DNA of 64,000 bases from Polyangiales bacterium (GCA_038230375.1 JBBRNJ010000024.1:40529-104528); one strand, 5' to 3'; shown: positions 1 through 10,089, counted from the first letter of the stretch. The notes: a model not told the origin generated them from the sequence alone. Translations and numbers: made by a program.

Positions 1-856
1 TGAGGCTCGGATCCGGGGGCAGGCCAATTTCCGGCGGCCCGATGAAGACCGCGAGCAGGACGATCCCGAAGAGCATGGCCACGCCGAAGACGGCATCGCG
101 CCACGCAGCGTCCGGCCAGAACGGCACGCCGTCCTTCTTCAGGTGTGCCTTGTACTTCTTCCGGTACGTCTTCGGATCGACCGGATCGCCCGGCGTGGGC
201 GGCTCCGAGATGCCATGCCTCATGACGAGCATCAGGTGCAGCCCGACGAACGCGAAGATCACCGCGGGGATGAGAAAGACGTGGATCGCGAAGAAGCGAC
301 TCAACGTTGCGCCGCCGACCGTGTCACCACCAAGGATGAAACGCGCCATCGGCTCACCGATGACCGGCATGCGGCCCGCTTGCTCCGCGCCGACTACGAC
401 GGACCACGTGGCGTTCTGATCCCACCGCAGCAGCTGCCCGGTGAAGCCCATCCCGAGCGTGCACGCGAGGAGCAGCACACCAGAGAGCCAGTTCATCTCG
501 CGCGGGAACTTGAACGAGCCGGACAGGAACACCTGCCCCATGTGGAGGCCCACCATGAGCACCATCGCCGATGCGCCGAAATAGTGCATCCCGCGCATCA
601 CGCGGCCGAAGGGCGCCTCGTTGGTGATGAAGAGGAGCGTTTCGTACGCCTGTGAGGAAGAGGCGATGTACGAGAACGCGAGCGTCACGCCGGTCACGAC
701 CTGCACCATGAACGCGAGGAGCGTCGCGCTCCCGAACACGTACCACCAGCGCGCGCCGCGCGGCACGGGGTGCTGCATGATCGGCTTCACCATCGCAGTG
801 ATGCCCACGCGGTCGTCGACCGTGGCCCAGACGCTCTTGAGTAGACGCTTCACCAT
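1..856 (-). CDS. qcrB: Cytochrome b of a Rieske/cytochrome bc complex (runs off the window start)
   Basis: Manual translation from ATG 856: [18 protein letters not shown]...WWYVFGS...[24 protein letters not shown]...FKFPREMNW...[10 protein letters not shown]. Heme-b His pair and PRE motif present; directly follows the Rieske gene. Not in the ORF track because it is truncated. Confidence 0.93.
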   Translation of the reverse strand, partial: MVKRLLKSVWATVDDRVGITAMVKPIMQHPVPRGARWWYVFGSATLLAFMVQVVTGVTLAFSYIASSSQAYETLLFITNEAPFGRVMRGMHYFGASAMVLMVGLHMGQVFLSGSFKFPREMNWLSGVLLLACTLGMGFTGQLLRWDQNATWSVVVGAEQAGRMPVIGEPMARFILGGDTVGGATLSRFFAIHVFLIPAVIFAFVGLHLMLVMRHGISEPPTPGDPVDPKTYRKKYKAHLKKDGVPFWPDAAWRDAVFGVAMLFGIVLLAVFIGPPEIGLPPDPSL

Positions 857-858
857 GG

Positions 859-1473
859 TCAGCCGATCGGGATGGGGTCAGTGCGGATCTCGACCTGCCC
901 GTCGGTCACACGCACCGGATATTGCGGCAGCGCGTGCGGCGGCGGCCCCGCGGCGACCGAGCCGTCCTGGTAGTAGACGCCACCGTGACAGGGACACATG
1001 AAGAGCTTCGCCTCCGCCATCCAGCGAACCGGGCAGCCAAGATGCGCGCAGTTGACCGAGAACGCCTCGAACTCCGTCTCGCTCACGCGCCGAAGCCACG
1101 CGGCAGTCTTCGAGGTCACGCCGGCCCATGGGAGCGGCGATGCGTCGATGAAGACGACGTTCACGGTCTCCCCGATCTTGAACTGCTCGAGCTTGCCGAC
1201 GGCGCGCCACTCGCGCGGAGCCTTGCGGAAGAGCGGAGCAACGATGAAGCCAACGACCGGGACGCCAAGGGCAACGCCGCCCGCAACGCCGAGCGCCACG
1301 CTCATTTTTCCAAGCAGCTGACGGCGCGCGATCGTATCCGCAGACGCCGGAGGTGCCTCGACGTGCTCGTTCTCGTGCTCGTCGTCGTGCTCGTGCTCGT
1401 GCTCGTTCTCGTCCTCTTGACCGTCCTTCTTGGACGCGTCCTCTTTTGCGTCCTCAGGAGTGCTTTGCTTCAT
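859..1473 (-). CDS. qcrA: Rieske [2Fe-2S] subunit with acidic His-rich N-terminal extension
   Basis: CAHLGC and CPCHGG boxes; RR-containing TM anchor (ARRQLLGK); ATG 1473 overlaps the end of the upstream gene. Confidence 0.93.
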   Translation of the reverse strand: MKQSTPEDAKEDASKKDGQEDENEHEHEHDDEHENEHVEAPPASADTIARRQLLGKMSVALGVAGGVALGVPVVGFIVAPLFRKAPREWRAVGKLEQFKIGETVNVVFIDASPLPWAGVTSKTAAWLRRVSETEFEAFSVNCAHLGCPVRWMAEAKLFMCPCHGGVYYQDGSVAAGPPPHALPQYPVRVTDGQVEIRTDPIPIG

Positions 1474-1753
1474 GACGCATCTCTCCAATCCAACCGGTGA
1501 GCGAGGTGATGACAACGGCAAGGCCGACGAGGATGAGCACCATCGACGTGATGAAACCCCAGAAGAGCAGCGTCGTTCCGAACGCGAGCCCCATGGGCCA
1601 GAACGAAGGCTGTGGAATGAGCGCGGGGCGCGGATCGCCCCAGTCGTCGCGCGCCTCCGGCTTCGCGGACTCGGGCTCTTTCGCCGCCGGCTTCGCGGAC
1701 TCGGGCTCTTTCGACTCCGGCTCGTTCGCCTCTTTCGCGTCCGGCTCGCTCAT
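1454..1753 (-). CDS. Small 2-TM protein, probable cytochrome c oxidase subunit IV-like
   Basis: PQPSFWPMGLAFG...LTGWIGE hairpin; ATGA overlap with ctaG; N-terminal KEPESAKP repeats. Confidence 0.65.
   Translation of the reverse strand: MSEPDAKEANEPESKEPESAKPAAKEPESAKPEARDDWGDPRPALIPQPSFWPMGLAFGTTLLFWGFITSMVLILVGLAVVITSLTGWIGEMRHEAKHS
1657..1748. repeat. ~30-bp degenerate tandem repeat encoding (A)KEPESAKP units
   Basis: ccggcttcgcggactcgggctctttcg occurs twice at a 30-bp period, followed by degenerate copies. Confidence 0.7.
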
Positions 1754-2565
1754 GCGGCCTCCTTCGCGGCGAGCTCGTCGGCCGCCTCTTCGCGATGGTA
1801 GCGCGCGAACATCGCCAGCATTCCGCCGGCGTACGCGAAGCACCCGGGCACCCACATGAGCAGGCCGCCGATCTCCTGATCCGCTTTCGGCGTGAGCCCC
1901 CAGCCGTCACGCAGGAGCGGCATCGCGCCAAGGCCGTCCACCGGGTGCGCGTAGATCGAGCAGACCTCCACGGGCGAGAACGTCACCAGGATCCCGAGCA
2001 ACGTGCACGCGACGCACGCTGCGAAGAGGTAGAGCATGGCGCCAAACGGCGGGAGCCGACGCGCGGACCGGGGACCCACGATCGGCCAGAAAAAGGCGCA
2101 TCCCATGACGAGCAGCGAGACGGTCTGCAGGCGCTGCACGCCGATGCTGTTCGATGCGGCGTCGCAGAGCGTGGGAGCGTGCCACAGCCACATGGCAGAC
2201 ACGCCGGCGAGCCACGGCAGCATGAAGCGCCGCGCACCACTAGCGGCCGCAGCGCCGGGTGCGCCAGGAGCGACGTCCGCTTCTTTCGATCCGGTTCGCA
2301 GCGCCGACAGCACGAGCGGCGGGATCACCAGTACGAGGAGCAGATGCTGCAGCATGTGCGCGCTGAAGAGATATCCGCGCGCGAGCACGCCGATGGGCGA
2401 GACGAACGCGAGCAGGAACACCACCGCCGCGAGCACGAGCCACAGCGCGCGCCGGGTGAGCTTCCACTGCATCCGCGCCGCATACGCGACGACTCCCGCG
2501 CCCGCGACCGCGTAGACGAACGCGTCACTCTGCCACGCGGTGAGGAGCAGCTCGCCCGTGGTCAT
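1750..2565 (-). CDS. ctaG: Cytochrome c oxidase assembly protein CtaG (caa3 type)
   Basis: LFSAHMLQHLLL, WLWHAP, DQEIGGLLMWVPG; ATGA overlap with the coxI stop. Confidence 0.9.
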   Translation of the reverse strand: MTTGELLLTAWQSDAFVYAVAGAGVVAYAARMQWKLTRRALWLVLAAVVFLLAFVSPIGVLARGYLFSAHMLQHLLLVLVIPPLVLSALRTGSKEADVAPGAPGAAAASGARRFMLPWLAGVSAMWLWHAPTLCDAASNSIGVQRLQTVSLLVMGCAFFWPIVGPRSARRLPPFGAMLYLFAACVACTLLGILVTFSPVEVCSIYAHPVDGLGAMPLLRDGWGLTPKADQEIGGLLMWVPGCFAYAGGMLAMFARYHREEAADELAAKEAA

Positions 2566-4775
2566 AGGATGTTCCTCACGTAGACGATGCCAAAGACGGC
2601 GATCCACACCACGTCCACGAAATGCCAGTAGAGGCCGATCGCCTTGAACGCCGATGAGTGGCGGCGGCCCTTGAGATCCCCCGCGAGCCCGAGCCACAAG
2701 ATCACGCCGAGGGCGACCAAGCCGAGCGTCACGTGCAGACCGTGGAAGCCCGTGAGCGTGAAGAACGTGGACGTGAAGAGGCTCGTGTTGACGTTGAGGC
2801 CGCTCGTGAAGAGCTTCTGGTACTCGCTCGCCTGGCCAAACATGAAGATCGCGCCGAGCAGGATGGTGAAGATGAGCCAGTTGCGGAACCCGCTCTCGTT
2901 TCCTGCGGCGAGCGCCTTCTCGGAGCGGTGGAGCGTGAAGCTGGAGGCGAAGAGGCAGATGCTGAACATGCCCGTGGTCTTCACGTCCAGGTGCGCCGCT
3001 GCGGCCTTCGTGGAGAGGTTGAAATAGACGAAGGTGAGGATGAGGACGATGAAGAACATCGCCTCGGAGGCGATGAAGGCCCACACACCCACGATCGCCT
3101 TGTCGTAGGTCGCGATCTCCACGATCTTGGTCTTGACCTTGTTTTTACCGGGATTCGCGAGATCCCAGAGCGGACGACGCCCGCGCACCGGCGGCACTTT
3201 TTCGAAGTTGTGCGGATGCGGCGGCGACGTGGTCGCCCACTCGAGCGTCCACGCGTCCCACGGATTGTCGCCCGCCGGCTTGCCGTTGCGGACGCTCTTC
3301 GCAATGTTCACCAGGAAGAGGAGAACGGAGAAGCCCATCACGAACGCGCCGATGGTGGAGACCATGTTGAGCGTCCCCCAGTTCGGCAGATCCGGGTACG
3401 TGTACACGCGGCGCGGCATCCCCAGGATGCCAAGGAAGTGCTGAACGAAGAACGTCATGTTGAAGCCAATGACCATGGTCCAGAAGTTCAGCTTGCCAAG
3501 GCGCTCGTCCAGCAGCTTGCCGCTCATCTTCGGGAACCAGTAGTAGGTCGCCGCGAGGATGCCGAAGAGCGTGCCGCCGAGCGCGACGTAGTGGAAGTGC
3601 GCGACCACGTAGTACGTGTCCGTCATCTGCCAGTCGACCGGCGCCGCTGCGAACGTGATGCCCGAGAGCCCGCCGATCACGAACTCGATGAGGAACGCCA
3701 CGGCGAAGCACATGGACGTGGTGAAGCGCAATTTGCCTCCCCACATGGTGGCGATCCAGTTGAAGATCTTCACGCCAGTGGGGACAGCGATGAGCATGGT
3801 CCCGGCAGAGAACGCGAGGTCTGCGCGATGGCCGAGGCCCGCGGCGAACATGTGGTGCGCCCACACGCCGAACGAGAGGACCGCGATGGCGACCGTGGAA
3901 CCCGCGACGAACTCGTAGCCGAAGATCGGCTTGCGCGAGAAGACCGGGATGACCTCCGAGATCATGCCGAACGCCGGTAGCGCCAGGATGTAGACCTCTG
4001 GATGACCGAAGGTCCAGAAGTAGTGCTGCCACAGGATGACCGAGCCGCCGCCGTGCGCCTGGAAGAAATGCGCGTCCAGCTGGCGGTCGATGAGGAGCAT
4101 CACGAGCGCGCCGTTCAGCACCGGCAGGGCAAGGACAATGAGGATGGCCGTGATGAACGTCATCCACACGAAGAGCGGGACGCGGCGGATGGTCATGCCC
4201 GGCGCGCGAAGCGTGATGACGGTGGCGATGATGTTGATGGCGCCTGCGACGGAGCCGATGCCCAGCACGAGCAACGCGAGCACCCAGTAGTCCGTGCCCG
4301 TGTTGGAGCTGAATGGCGTCTCCGCGAGCGGCGCGTAGCTGAACCAACCTGCAGAGGGGGCACCACCTGCGAACAGGCTGAAATGCAGGAGCGCGCCGCC
4401 CAGCGGGAAGAGCCAGTAGCTCATCGCGTTGAGGCGCGGGAACGCCATGTCTCGCGCGCCGATCATCAGCGGCACGAAGTAGTTCGCGAAGCCGACGAGC
4501 GTGGGCATGACGACGAGGAAGATCATCGTCGTGCCGTGCATGGTGAAGATCTGGTTGAAGGTTTCCGGATCCAGGAAATGCGACTCGGGATGTGCGAGCT
4601 GGATACGGATGAGGAGCGCCTCTATGCCGCCGATCGCGAAGAAGACGATCGACGTGAGCAGATAGAGGATGCCGATTCGCTTGTGATCGACGGTGGCGAC
4701 CCAGCTGAACGGCCCCTTCTCCTCCGCGTGCTCGTGCGCGGCTTCGGAGGCATGCGGTGTGGTGGCGGTCGTCAT
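2562..4775 (-). CDS. ctaD: Cytochrome c oxidase subunit I fused to a subunit III-like C-terminal domain (A1 family)
   Basis: DHKRIG, FTMHGTTM, GHPEVY, WAHHMF, AHFHY, GMPRR, followed in frame by FIASEAMFF and TGFHGLHV...LYWHFVDVVW (subunit III). Confidence 0.95.
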   Translation of the reverse strand: MTTATTPHASEAAHEHAEEKGPFSWVATVDHKRIGILYLLTSIVFFAIGGIEALLIRIQLAHPESHFLDPETFNQIFTMHGTTMIFLVVMPTLVGFANYFVPLMIGARDMAFPRLNAMSYWLFPLGGALLHFSLFAGGAPSAGWFSYAPLAETPFSSNTGTDYWVLALLVLGIGSVAGAINIIATVITLRAPGMTIRRVPLFVWMTFITAILIVLALPVLNGALVMLLIDRQLDAHFFQAHGGGSVILWQHYFWTFGHPEVYILALPAFGMISEVIPVFSRKPIFGYEFVAGSTVAIAVLSFGVWAHHMFAAGLGHRADLAFSAGTMLIAVPTGVKIFNWIATMWGGKLRFTTSMCFAVAFLIEFVIGGLSGITFAAAPVDWQMTDTYYVVAHFHYVALGGTLFGILAATYYWFPKMSGKLLDERLGKLNFWTMVIGFNMTFFVQHFLGILGMPRRVYTYPDLPNWGTLNMVSTIGAFVMGFSVLLFLVNIAKSVRNGKPAGDNPWDAWTLEWATTSPPHPHNFEKVPPVRGRRPLWDLANPGKNKVKTKIVEIATYDKAIVGVWAFIASEAMFFIVLILTFVYFNLSTKAAAAHLDVKTTGMFSICLFASSFTLHRSEKALAAGNESGFRNWLIFTILLGAIFMFGQASEYQKLFTSGLNVNTSLFTSTFFTLTGFHGLHVTLGLVALGVILWLGLAGDLKGRRHSSAFKAIGLYWHFVDVVWIAVFGIVYVRNIL

Positions 4776-5695
4776 CGGAGGGTCTCGAAGTAGGCGACGA
4801 AATCGGCGATCTGCGGATCGGTGAGCTGCACGTCCGGCATGTGGCAGCCAGGCTTGATGTCCTGCGGGCTCTTCAACCACCGCGCCAGCTCTTCGGGCGA
4901 GTTCTTCCTCACGCCCGCGCCGAGCGTCTTTCGATCAGCGAAATGGGTGAGGTCCGGGGCGGCATTCGCGCCTTCGCCGTTGCCCGTGATCGCATGGCAC
5001 TTCACGCACGTCATCTGCGTGAAGAGGTGCGCGCCCCGCTGCGCATCAGGAGCGCTCGAGGTGGCAGCTGCTGCGAGCGTGCGCTTCTCCCACGCGGCAA
5101 ACTCTTCCGGTGACTCCGCGACGACCTGGATGCGCATCCACGCGTGCTGCACGCCGCAGTACTCCGCGCACGCGCCTATGTACGTGCCGGGCGCGTCCGC
5201 CTGGAGCCAGATGCTGGCGCTTCGGCCCGGGATGGCGTCGATCTTTCGACCGAGCTCGGGAACCCAGAAGTCATGGATGACGTCGGCGGACTCCACGCCA
5301 ACGACGAGCGCCGTGCCGGTCGGGATGTGAATCTCGTTCGCGGTGACAGCGCCCGATTTGTAGTGGACCTCCCACCACCACTGGTGAGCGATGACAGTGA
5401 GGTCCGGCGCGCGATCCGGGACGGGGTCCGAAGCGCTCACGGCCTTCACCGTGAGATAGAAGATGCCGAGCAGAACGAGCACCGGCGCCAGCGTCCACGC
5501 GATCTCGAGCCGCTTGTTCCCCTCGTTCTGGGCCGGCGGGTCACCGCCCTTGTCGCGGAAGCGGAGAATGGCGGTGGTGACGAGCGCCACGACGACCCCG
5601 AAGATGATGAAGCACACGATGAGTGTGTCGCCGAAGAGATCGGCGATGACACGCGCGCCCGGCGAGCGCGGATCGAGTAGTGTCCCCAAGACCAC
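4772..5695 (-). CDS. ctaC: Cytochrome c oxidase subunit II with C-terminal cytochrome c (caa3 type); start uncertain
   Basis: HQWWW, DVIHDFWVP, CuA motif CAEYCGVQHAWM, CVKCH heme with distal KPGCHMP. Confidence 0.93.
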   Translation of the reverse strand: MVLGTLLDPRSPGARVIADLFGDTLIVCFIIFGVVVALVTTAILRFRDKGGDPPAQNEGNKRLEIAWTLAPVLVLLGIFYLTVKAVSASDPVPDRAPDLTVIAHQWWWEVHYKSGAVTANEIHIPTGTALVVGVESADVIHDFWVPELGRKIDAIPGRSASIWLQADAPGTYIGACAEYCGVQHAWMRIQVVAESPEEFAAWEKRTLAAAATSSAPDAQRGAHLFTQMTCVKCHAITGNGEGANAAPDLTHFADRKTLGAGVRKNSPEELARWLKSPQDIKPGCHMPDVQLTDPQIADFVAYFETLR

Positions 5696-5771
5696 GGGCG
5701 CGACCCTAACACGGCGATCCCGGCCTAATGTAGGGAGAAAGTGAACGCTCTCCAGACGCCATCGGCCGCGA

Positions 5772-6554
5772 CTACTTTGGCGCGCTGAGACCGGCGGCGG
5801 CGGCTCGCGTCTCGCGGCGGAACGGCTGCGCGAGCTGGGCAACGTAGCCTTGCGGCCATGATTCGGGCACGCCCAGCGGATATCGCTCTTCGCCCTCCGG
5901 CCGGTGATAGGTGCCAAACAGCACGTCCACCCATGGGCCCAGGTTGGAGAAGTTGTGCGCGGTGCGCTCGAGGCGCGCGTGGTGCCAGTGATGCAGCTCC
6001 GGCGCGCCGAAGAGAAAGCGCAGAGGGCCGAGCGGCAGGCGCACGTTCGAGTGGATGAACACCGCCCAGATCCCGCGGAAGACGATGATGCCCGCGAGCG
6101 CACTCATCGGCACGCCCAGCAGGAACGCCGGCAGGTTCATGCATAGCTGCGTGAGCACGCCGTCGACCGGGTGCTCGCGGTGCGCGGCGACCCAGTCCAG
6201 CTCTTCGGCGGTGTGGTGCACTGCATGAAACCGCCAGAGCGGTCCCCACGCATGACACGCACGGTGGAACCAGTAGACGACGAAGTCGCCACCGGCGACC
6301 GCCAGGACTACTTGCATGACGAGCGGCAGTGACGTTGGCGCGTGGCGCACGAGCGGCTCCACGCGCGCAAGCACCCAGACCGCGACGCTGGTCCACGCCA
6401 GGTACTGACCCGCGAAGAAGCACGCGTCCACAGCCACGTTCCTGCGAAGGACCTTCTGTCCGGGGCGCGCGGGAAAGAGACGCTCCAGCGGAACGAAGAC
6501 AGCGGCAAGCAACGCGAAGCTCGCGACCGCGGAGAGAAGCACGGAGAAGATCAC
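5772..6554 (-). CDS. Sterol desaturase / fatty acid hydroxylase family di-iron membrane enzyme
   Basis: His boxes YWFHRACH, RFHAVHH, HSN, LHHWHH; GTGA overlap with the upstream gene. Confidence 0.9.
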   Translation of the reverse strand: MIFSVLLSAVASFALLAAVFVPLERLFPARPGQKVLRRNVAVDACFFAGQYLAWTSVAVWVLARVEPLVRHAPTSLPLVMQVVLAVAGGDFVVYWFHRACHAWGPLWRFHAVHHTAEELDWVAAHREHPVDGVLTQLCMNLPAFLLGVPMSALAGIIVFRGIWAVFIHSNVRLPLGPLRFLFGAPELHHWHHARLERTAHNFSNLGPWVDVLFGTYHRPEGEERYPLGVPESWPQGYVAQLAQPFRRETRAAAAGLSAPK

Positions 6555-6913
6555 TCGTGCGGCCTGAAGATGACGCCGGACTTGGAGCCACCAAAGTAGC
6601 TCGGCGGAGGGTTCACATTCTGCGAGGGCGGAAGAGACTTGCTGCCAGCCTTCGTCGCAGGCTTGGTCACCGGCTTCACCACCGGCGCGTCTGGGCTGGC
6701 GGTCACGACGGCCGTCACGGACGCTGGCGCTGATGCCGGCGCGGGGGCTGACGCCAGCGTGGGGGCGGCTTGCGCGTTTGATGCAGGGTCGGGCTCGCGT
6801 GCCACGGGCTCCGGCTTCGAGCAACCGCTCGTGAGGCTTGCGTGCGCGACCAGCCCGAAGAGAACCGTGATCGCAAACCCCAGCGCGAGCACCCGCATGA
6901 AGAGACGCCGCAT
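6551..6913 (-). CDS. Secreted low-complexity protein with C-terminal ATKA/GSKS/GGSKS motifs
   Basis: N-terminal hydrophobic signal, possible lipobox TSGC, Pro/Ala linker; stop overlaps the desaturase start. Confidence 0.7.
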   Translation of the reverse strand: MRRLFMRVLALGFAITVLFGLVAHASLTSGCSKPEPVAREPDPASNAQAAPTLASAPAPASAPASVTAVVTASPDAPVVKPVTKPATKAGSKSLPPSQNVNPPPSYFGGSKSGVIFRPHE

Positions 6914-7044
6914 GAATGACCTCCGCGCCGAAGCGATGCGTCTTGGACCCGCGTGCCGCCGAGACCTTGGACGAGCATGGCATCGGCGACGCGGGCTCTG
7001 CGCGATCCATCACCGCGCGAGCACAGCCTGGCATGGAGTCGCAT

Positions 7045-8295
7045 TCACGAGACCCTGCATTTTACGGCAATTCGTGGGTGCGCCCTGCCGTCACGTTGGA
7101 ACGACGCTCGCACCGGGAAGCTGACCCAGTGGTTGCAGGCGGCCTTGGGCAGCGTGGCTATCCAGTCGCTGATGAGCGCGACGCCGGCAGCGTCGACCAC
7201 GTCGCGTCCGATTTGTGGCATGGCGATGCCTGGCGCCACAGAGGTCATCCGGTACCAGAGGATCGATGCGTCGGGTTCCGTCGGTACAAGATCGAATTGC
7301 CGGGCGCCCACCATTCCCCCGGCGGACAGCGGCTCCTTGCAGACTCCATAGTGGAGTGGGTCGGGCTCGCTCGCGAACAGGAATAGCCCGCTCGTGCTCG
7401 CGGACCCCGTCGCATTGTGGCAGTGGGCGCAGTTGCCTTCGAGGTATGCGCGCGCGCGGGTGTCGAGCGACTTCGTTTGGTCGTTCCACGCGGCAAGCAC
7501 GGGTGCCGCGCGTGGATCGGGCGCGCCCGTGAGAATGCCGGCCTTGACCCAGTGCGCTAGCTGATTCTCCGTGCCGGAGGGATACACACGATCGCGATTC
7601 AAGTTGCGGGCCCTGGGACCGATCGGGGTGAGCACGCCGTCCGCCTCATGGCACTGCTTGCATTGCGTCTGGGCCGGCTGGAGGTAGGCGTTGTCCTGGA
7701 CCTGCCCGTTCGGGTCCGTCCAGTGAACGTGAAGCGAGCGTCCGCCCGCGTCGTAGGTGGCCTTGGTACCGGTGACATTCCAGAGATAGGGATAGGCGTG
7801 CCAGCCGTCGTCAGCCTTGATGAGCACGCGGGTCTCGAGCCAGTGCATCACCGGCGGGCTCACACGCGCGTCTTCGGGGAAGCCGAAGGACTTCATGAGC
7901 ACGGTGCCCGTGGGAAAGTCGAACGCGCCCGTGGGGTCATATCTTGCGCTCTTTCCCGGCGGAACGAACACCGCGCGAGATTTGATGGCGTAGTCGGAGA
8001 AGAGCGGCGTGTTGAGCTCGTACGGCACCACGGGCTCCGCATAGAGGACCGCTCCACCGACAATCGCGGCGAGGCAGTAGCTGTTTAGCGTTGGATACGG
8101 CTCGTGCACATAGGTGCCGTCGCCACCCGGCTTGCACCCAGCGAATACGGACGCGTCCAGGACTGTCCCCGCGTCGAGTCCCGGATCATCCGCACTGGCG
8201 GCGGCGCTGGCGTCTCCACCTTTTCCGCTGCAGCCGAGCGGAAACGCGGCGATGGCGGACAGCAGGAGAGCGAGCTTTTGTGCGCGCGAAAACAT
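7045..8295 (-). CDS. SO2930-like diheme c-type cytochrome lipoprotein
   Basis: PLGC lipobox; YELNTPLFSDYAIKSR, CKQCH, RARAYLEGNCAHCH, MPQIGR; adjacent to a beta-helix gene as is typical for this family. Confidence 0.85.
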   Translation of the reverse strand: MFSRAQKLALLLSAIAAFPLGCSGKGGDASAAASADDPGLDAGTVLDASVFAGCKPGGDGTYVHEPYPTLNSYCLAAIVGGAVLYAEPVVPYELNTPLFSDYAIKSRAVFVPPGKSARYDPTGAFDFPTGTVLMKSFGFPEDARVSPPVMHWLETRVLIKADDGWHAYPYLWNVTGTKATYDAGGRSLHVHWTDPNGQVQDNAYLQPAQTQCKQCHEADGVLTPIGPRARNLNRDRVYPSGTENQLAHWVKAGILTGAPDPRAAPVLAAWNDQTKSLDTRARAYLEGNCAHCHNATGSASTSGLFLFASEPDPLHYGVCKEPLSAGGMVGARQFDLVPTEPDASILWYRMTSVAPGIAMPQIGRDVVDAAGVALISDWIATLPKAACNHWVSFPVRASFQRDGRAHPRIAVKCRVS

Positions 8296-8300
8296 CGGCT

Positions 8301-9679
8301 TCAGAAGCTCACCGCAGGCAGGGCAGGTAACGTGCAATCGAACGGCGTCTTGTCGTAGGTGACAATGTCAGTGAGGTTGCTGCCCGTGTCGTTCAGCTTG
8401 TCGAAGTGCAGATGGCAAAGTCCGCTGTTCCGTTGTTGCTGAAACACACGAACATCGGATTGCCGGTGGGCGCGCCGGTCGCGGCCATGCTCATGTCGAC
8501 GATGCCATCCACGAGCTGGTCCGGGACATGGCCATTTGGATAGACGTTCTTGCCGGTCGACAGGATCGCGCCCAGCTGGGTCTTCAGATCGGGCGACGTG
8601 CCGTTTCCGGTCATCGTGTTGTCGTGAACGAACACGCGCTTCGAGATCGGCTGATACAGTGGGTCTTGTGCGCTGGTCCAGGAAGAGTCCGCCACATAGT
8701 AGCTGTCGACCGAGAACGCGGTCGTCATGTTGTTCGAATAGGTGTTGTGGTCGAACTCGACGTCGCGAGTTCCAAGTACGAATGAGCCGGTTCCGGCAGG
8801 TACCTTGGCAACGATGCTGCCTGTCGCGTTGAAGTTTGGTGTGTTGTTGGAGTCGATGATGTTCATGTGCACGTGAACATTGTGACCGTCGTGCTGGTTG
8901 CCGGCGCCAGGCACGTCGAACACAAGAAGTCCGGCTGTGTTGTTCTTGACGGTGTTGCCGAAGACGTCTGCGTTGTAGGAGTTCTCGATCTCGATGCCGG
9001 CGACGTTGTCGTGCGACGTGTTGTTCTTGACGATGATCCCCTGGGATTGTCCGACGTAGATGCCCGCGTCTGACGAACCGGAGATATCGGAGCTCTCCAC
9101 GAGCACGTTCTTGCAGAAGACCGGATAGATCGCGTAATCGCCGTGCGTCCTGGGGTCTGCGGCGCTCCACGAGACCTTGACCGCGTGGAAGGTGACGCCG
9201 GTGGAGCCCTTCACCTTGATTCCATTCTTCACGGGGTCCCGCACCGCGATGTCGCGGATTGCAAAGCCATCGGACCCGTCGAGCACATCGATGCCGATAC
9301 CGCTGCTGCCAGAGGCGAGGCCCTTGAAGTCGAGCGTGGTCTGACCAATTCCCGCACCCTTCACCGTCACGTGGGTCGCGGCGAACGTCAGCGTGTTGGT
9401 GAATGCGAACGTGCCTGGACCGAACACGAACGTCGATCCGGTCTGCGCGGTGGCGATCGCGTTGGCGACGTCGGACTCCGCTGCCCCCTCCGAGAAGCCG
9501 CTGCACGGAGCCGCAATGCCGATGCACAACGGCGACGGTGCCGCGGCGTCTGCACCGGCTTCTGGTGACGTGCCGGCATCTTCATCGACGGCGCTTCCTC
9601 CGGAAGAAGAGGACTTGCACGACGGTACCGCGAGCGCGAGGGCCGGGAGCACCGCGAGAACAAGGGGCTTGAGGTTCAT
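8301..9679 (-). pseudogene. Parallel beta-helix repeat lipoprotein with a single-base frameshift near 8413 (or a sequencing error)
   Basis: GDYAIYPV, GSSDAGIYVGQS, NVAGIEIENS. The frame stops at 8393 (DFAICTSTS*), while the natural-looking C-terminus LHFDKL...PFDCTLPALPAVSF* is in another frame ending at 8301. Confidence 0.8.
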
Positions 9680-9690
9680 GCCACTACAGC

Positions 9691-9706
9691 AGCAACGTGC
9701 GTGCCA
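9691..9706 (-). promoter_or_regulatory. sigma54 -24/-12 promoter for the beta-helix/diheme operon
   Basis: Minus strand TGGCAC-GCACG-TTGCT, a perfect consensus; the conserved C lies 13 nt before ATG 9679. Confidence 0.75.
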
Positions 9707-9834
9707 TTCCTCACCAGGGTCTTTTTTCGCGGCTCGCGTGGCGTTGCACAAGAATCGAGCTGCACAGTGTGCAAGCGCCTGCACACTGTGCAGTCGCCTG
9801 CGCTGAGGGCGCCCGCTACAAGCCTACGCGGGGT

Positions 9835-10089
9835 TCACGGCGGCGGGCAGAACACGCCGATCCGGCCGGCGCCCATCAGGTTCTCGCGCTCGCAGACCTT
9901 CACCATCCGCGCCTTCTCCATCTTCGGCTGGCAGAGGGGCGTCTTGTCGCTGGTGAGCCAGCCGCACTCGTCGCCTCCGTTCGGACACTGGTCCGCGATC
10001 GTGCACTCTTTCTTTCTGCACGAGGCGCTCACCATGATGAGGATGAGCGCAAAAGCGGCGAGAACGACGGACGCTATGTGGCGGGGCAC
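9835..10089 (-). CDS. Small Cys-rich lipoprotein
   Basis: Signal ending SASC; six further Cys in ~60 aa. Confidence 0.55.
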   Translation of the reverse strand: MPRHIASVVLAAFALILIMVSASCRKKECTIADQCPNGGDECGWLTSDKTPLCQPKMEKARMVKVCERENLMGAGRIGVFCPPP

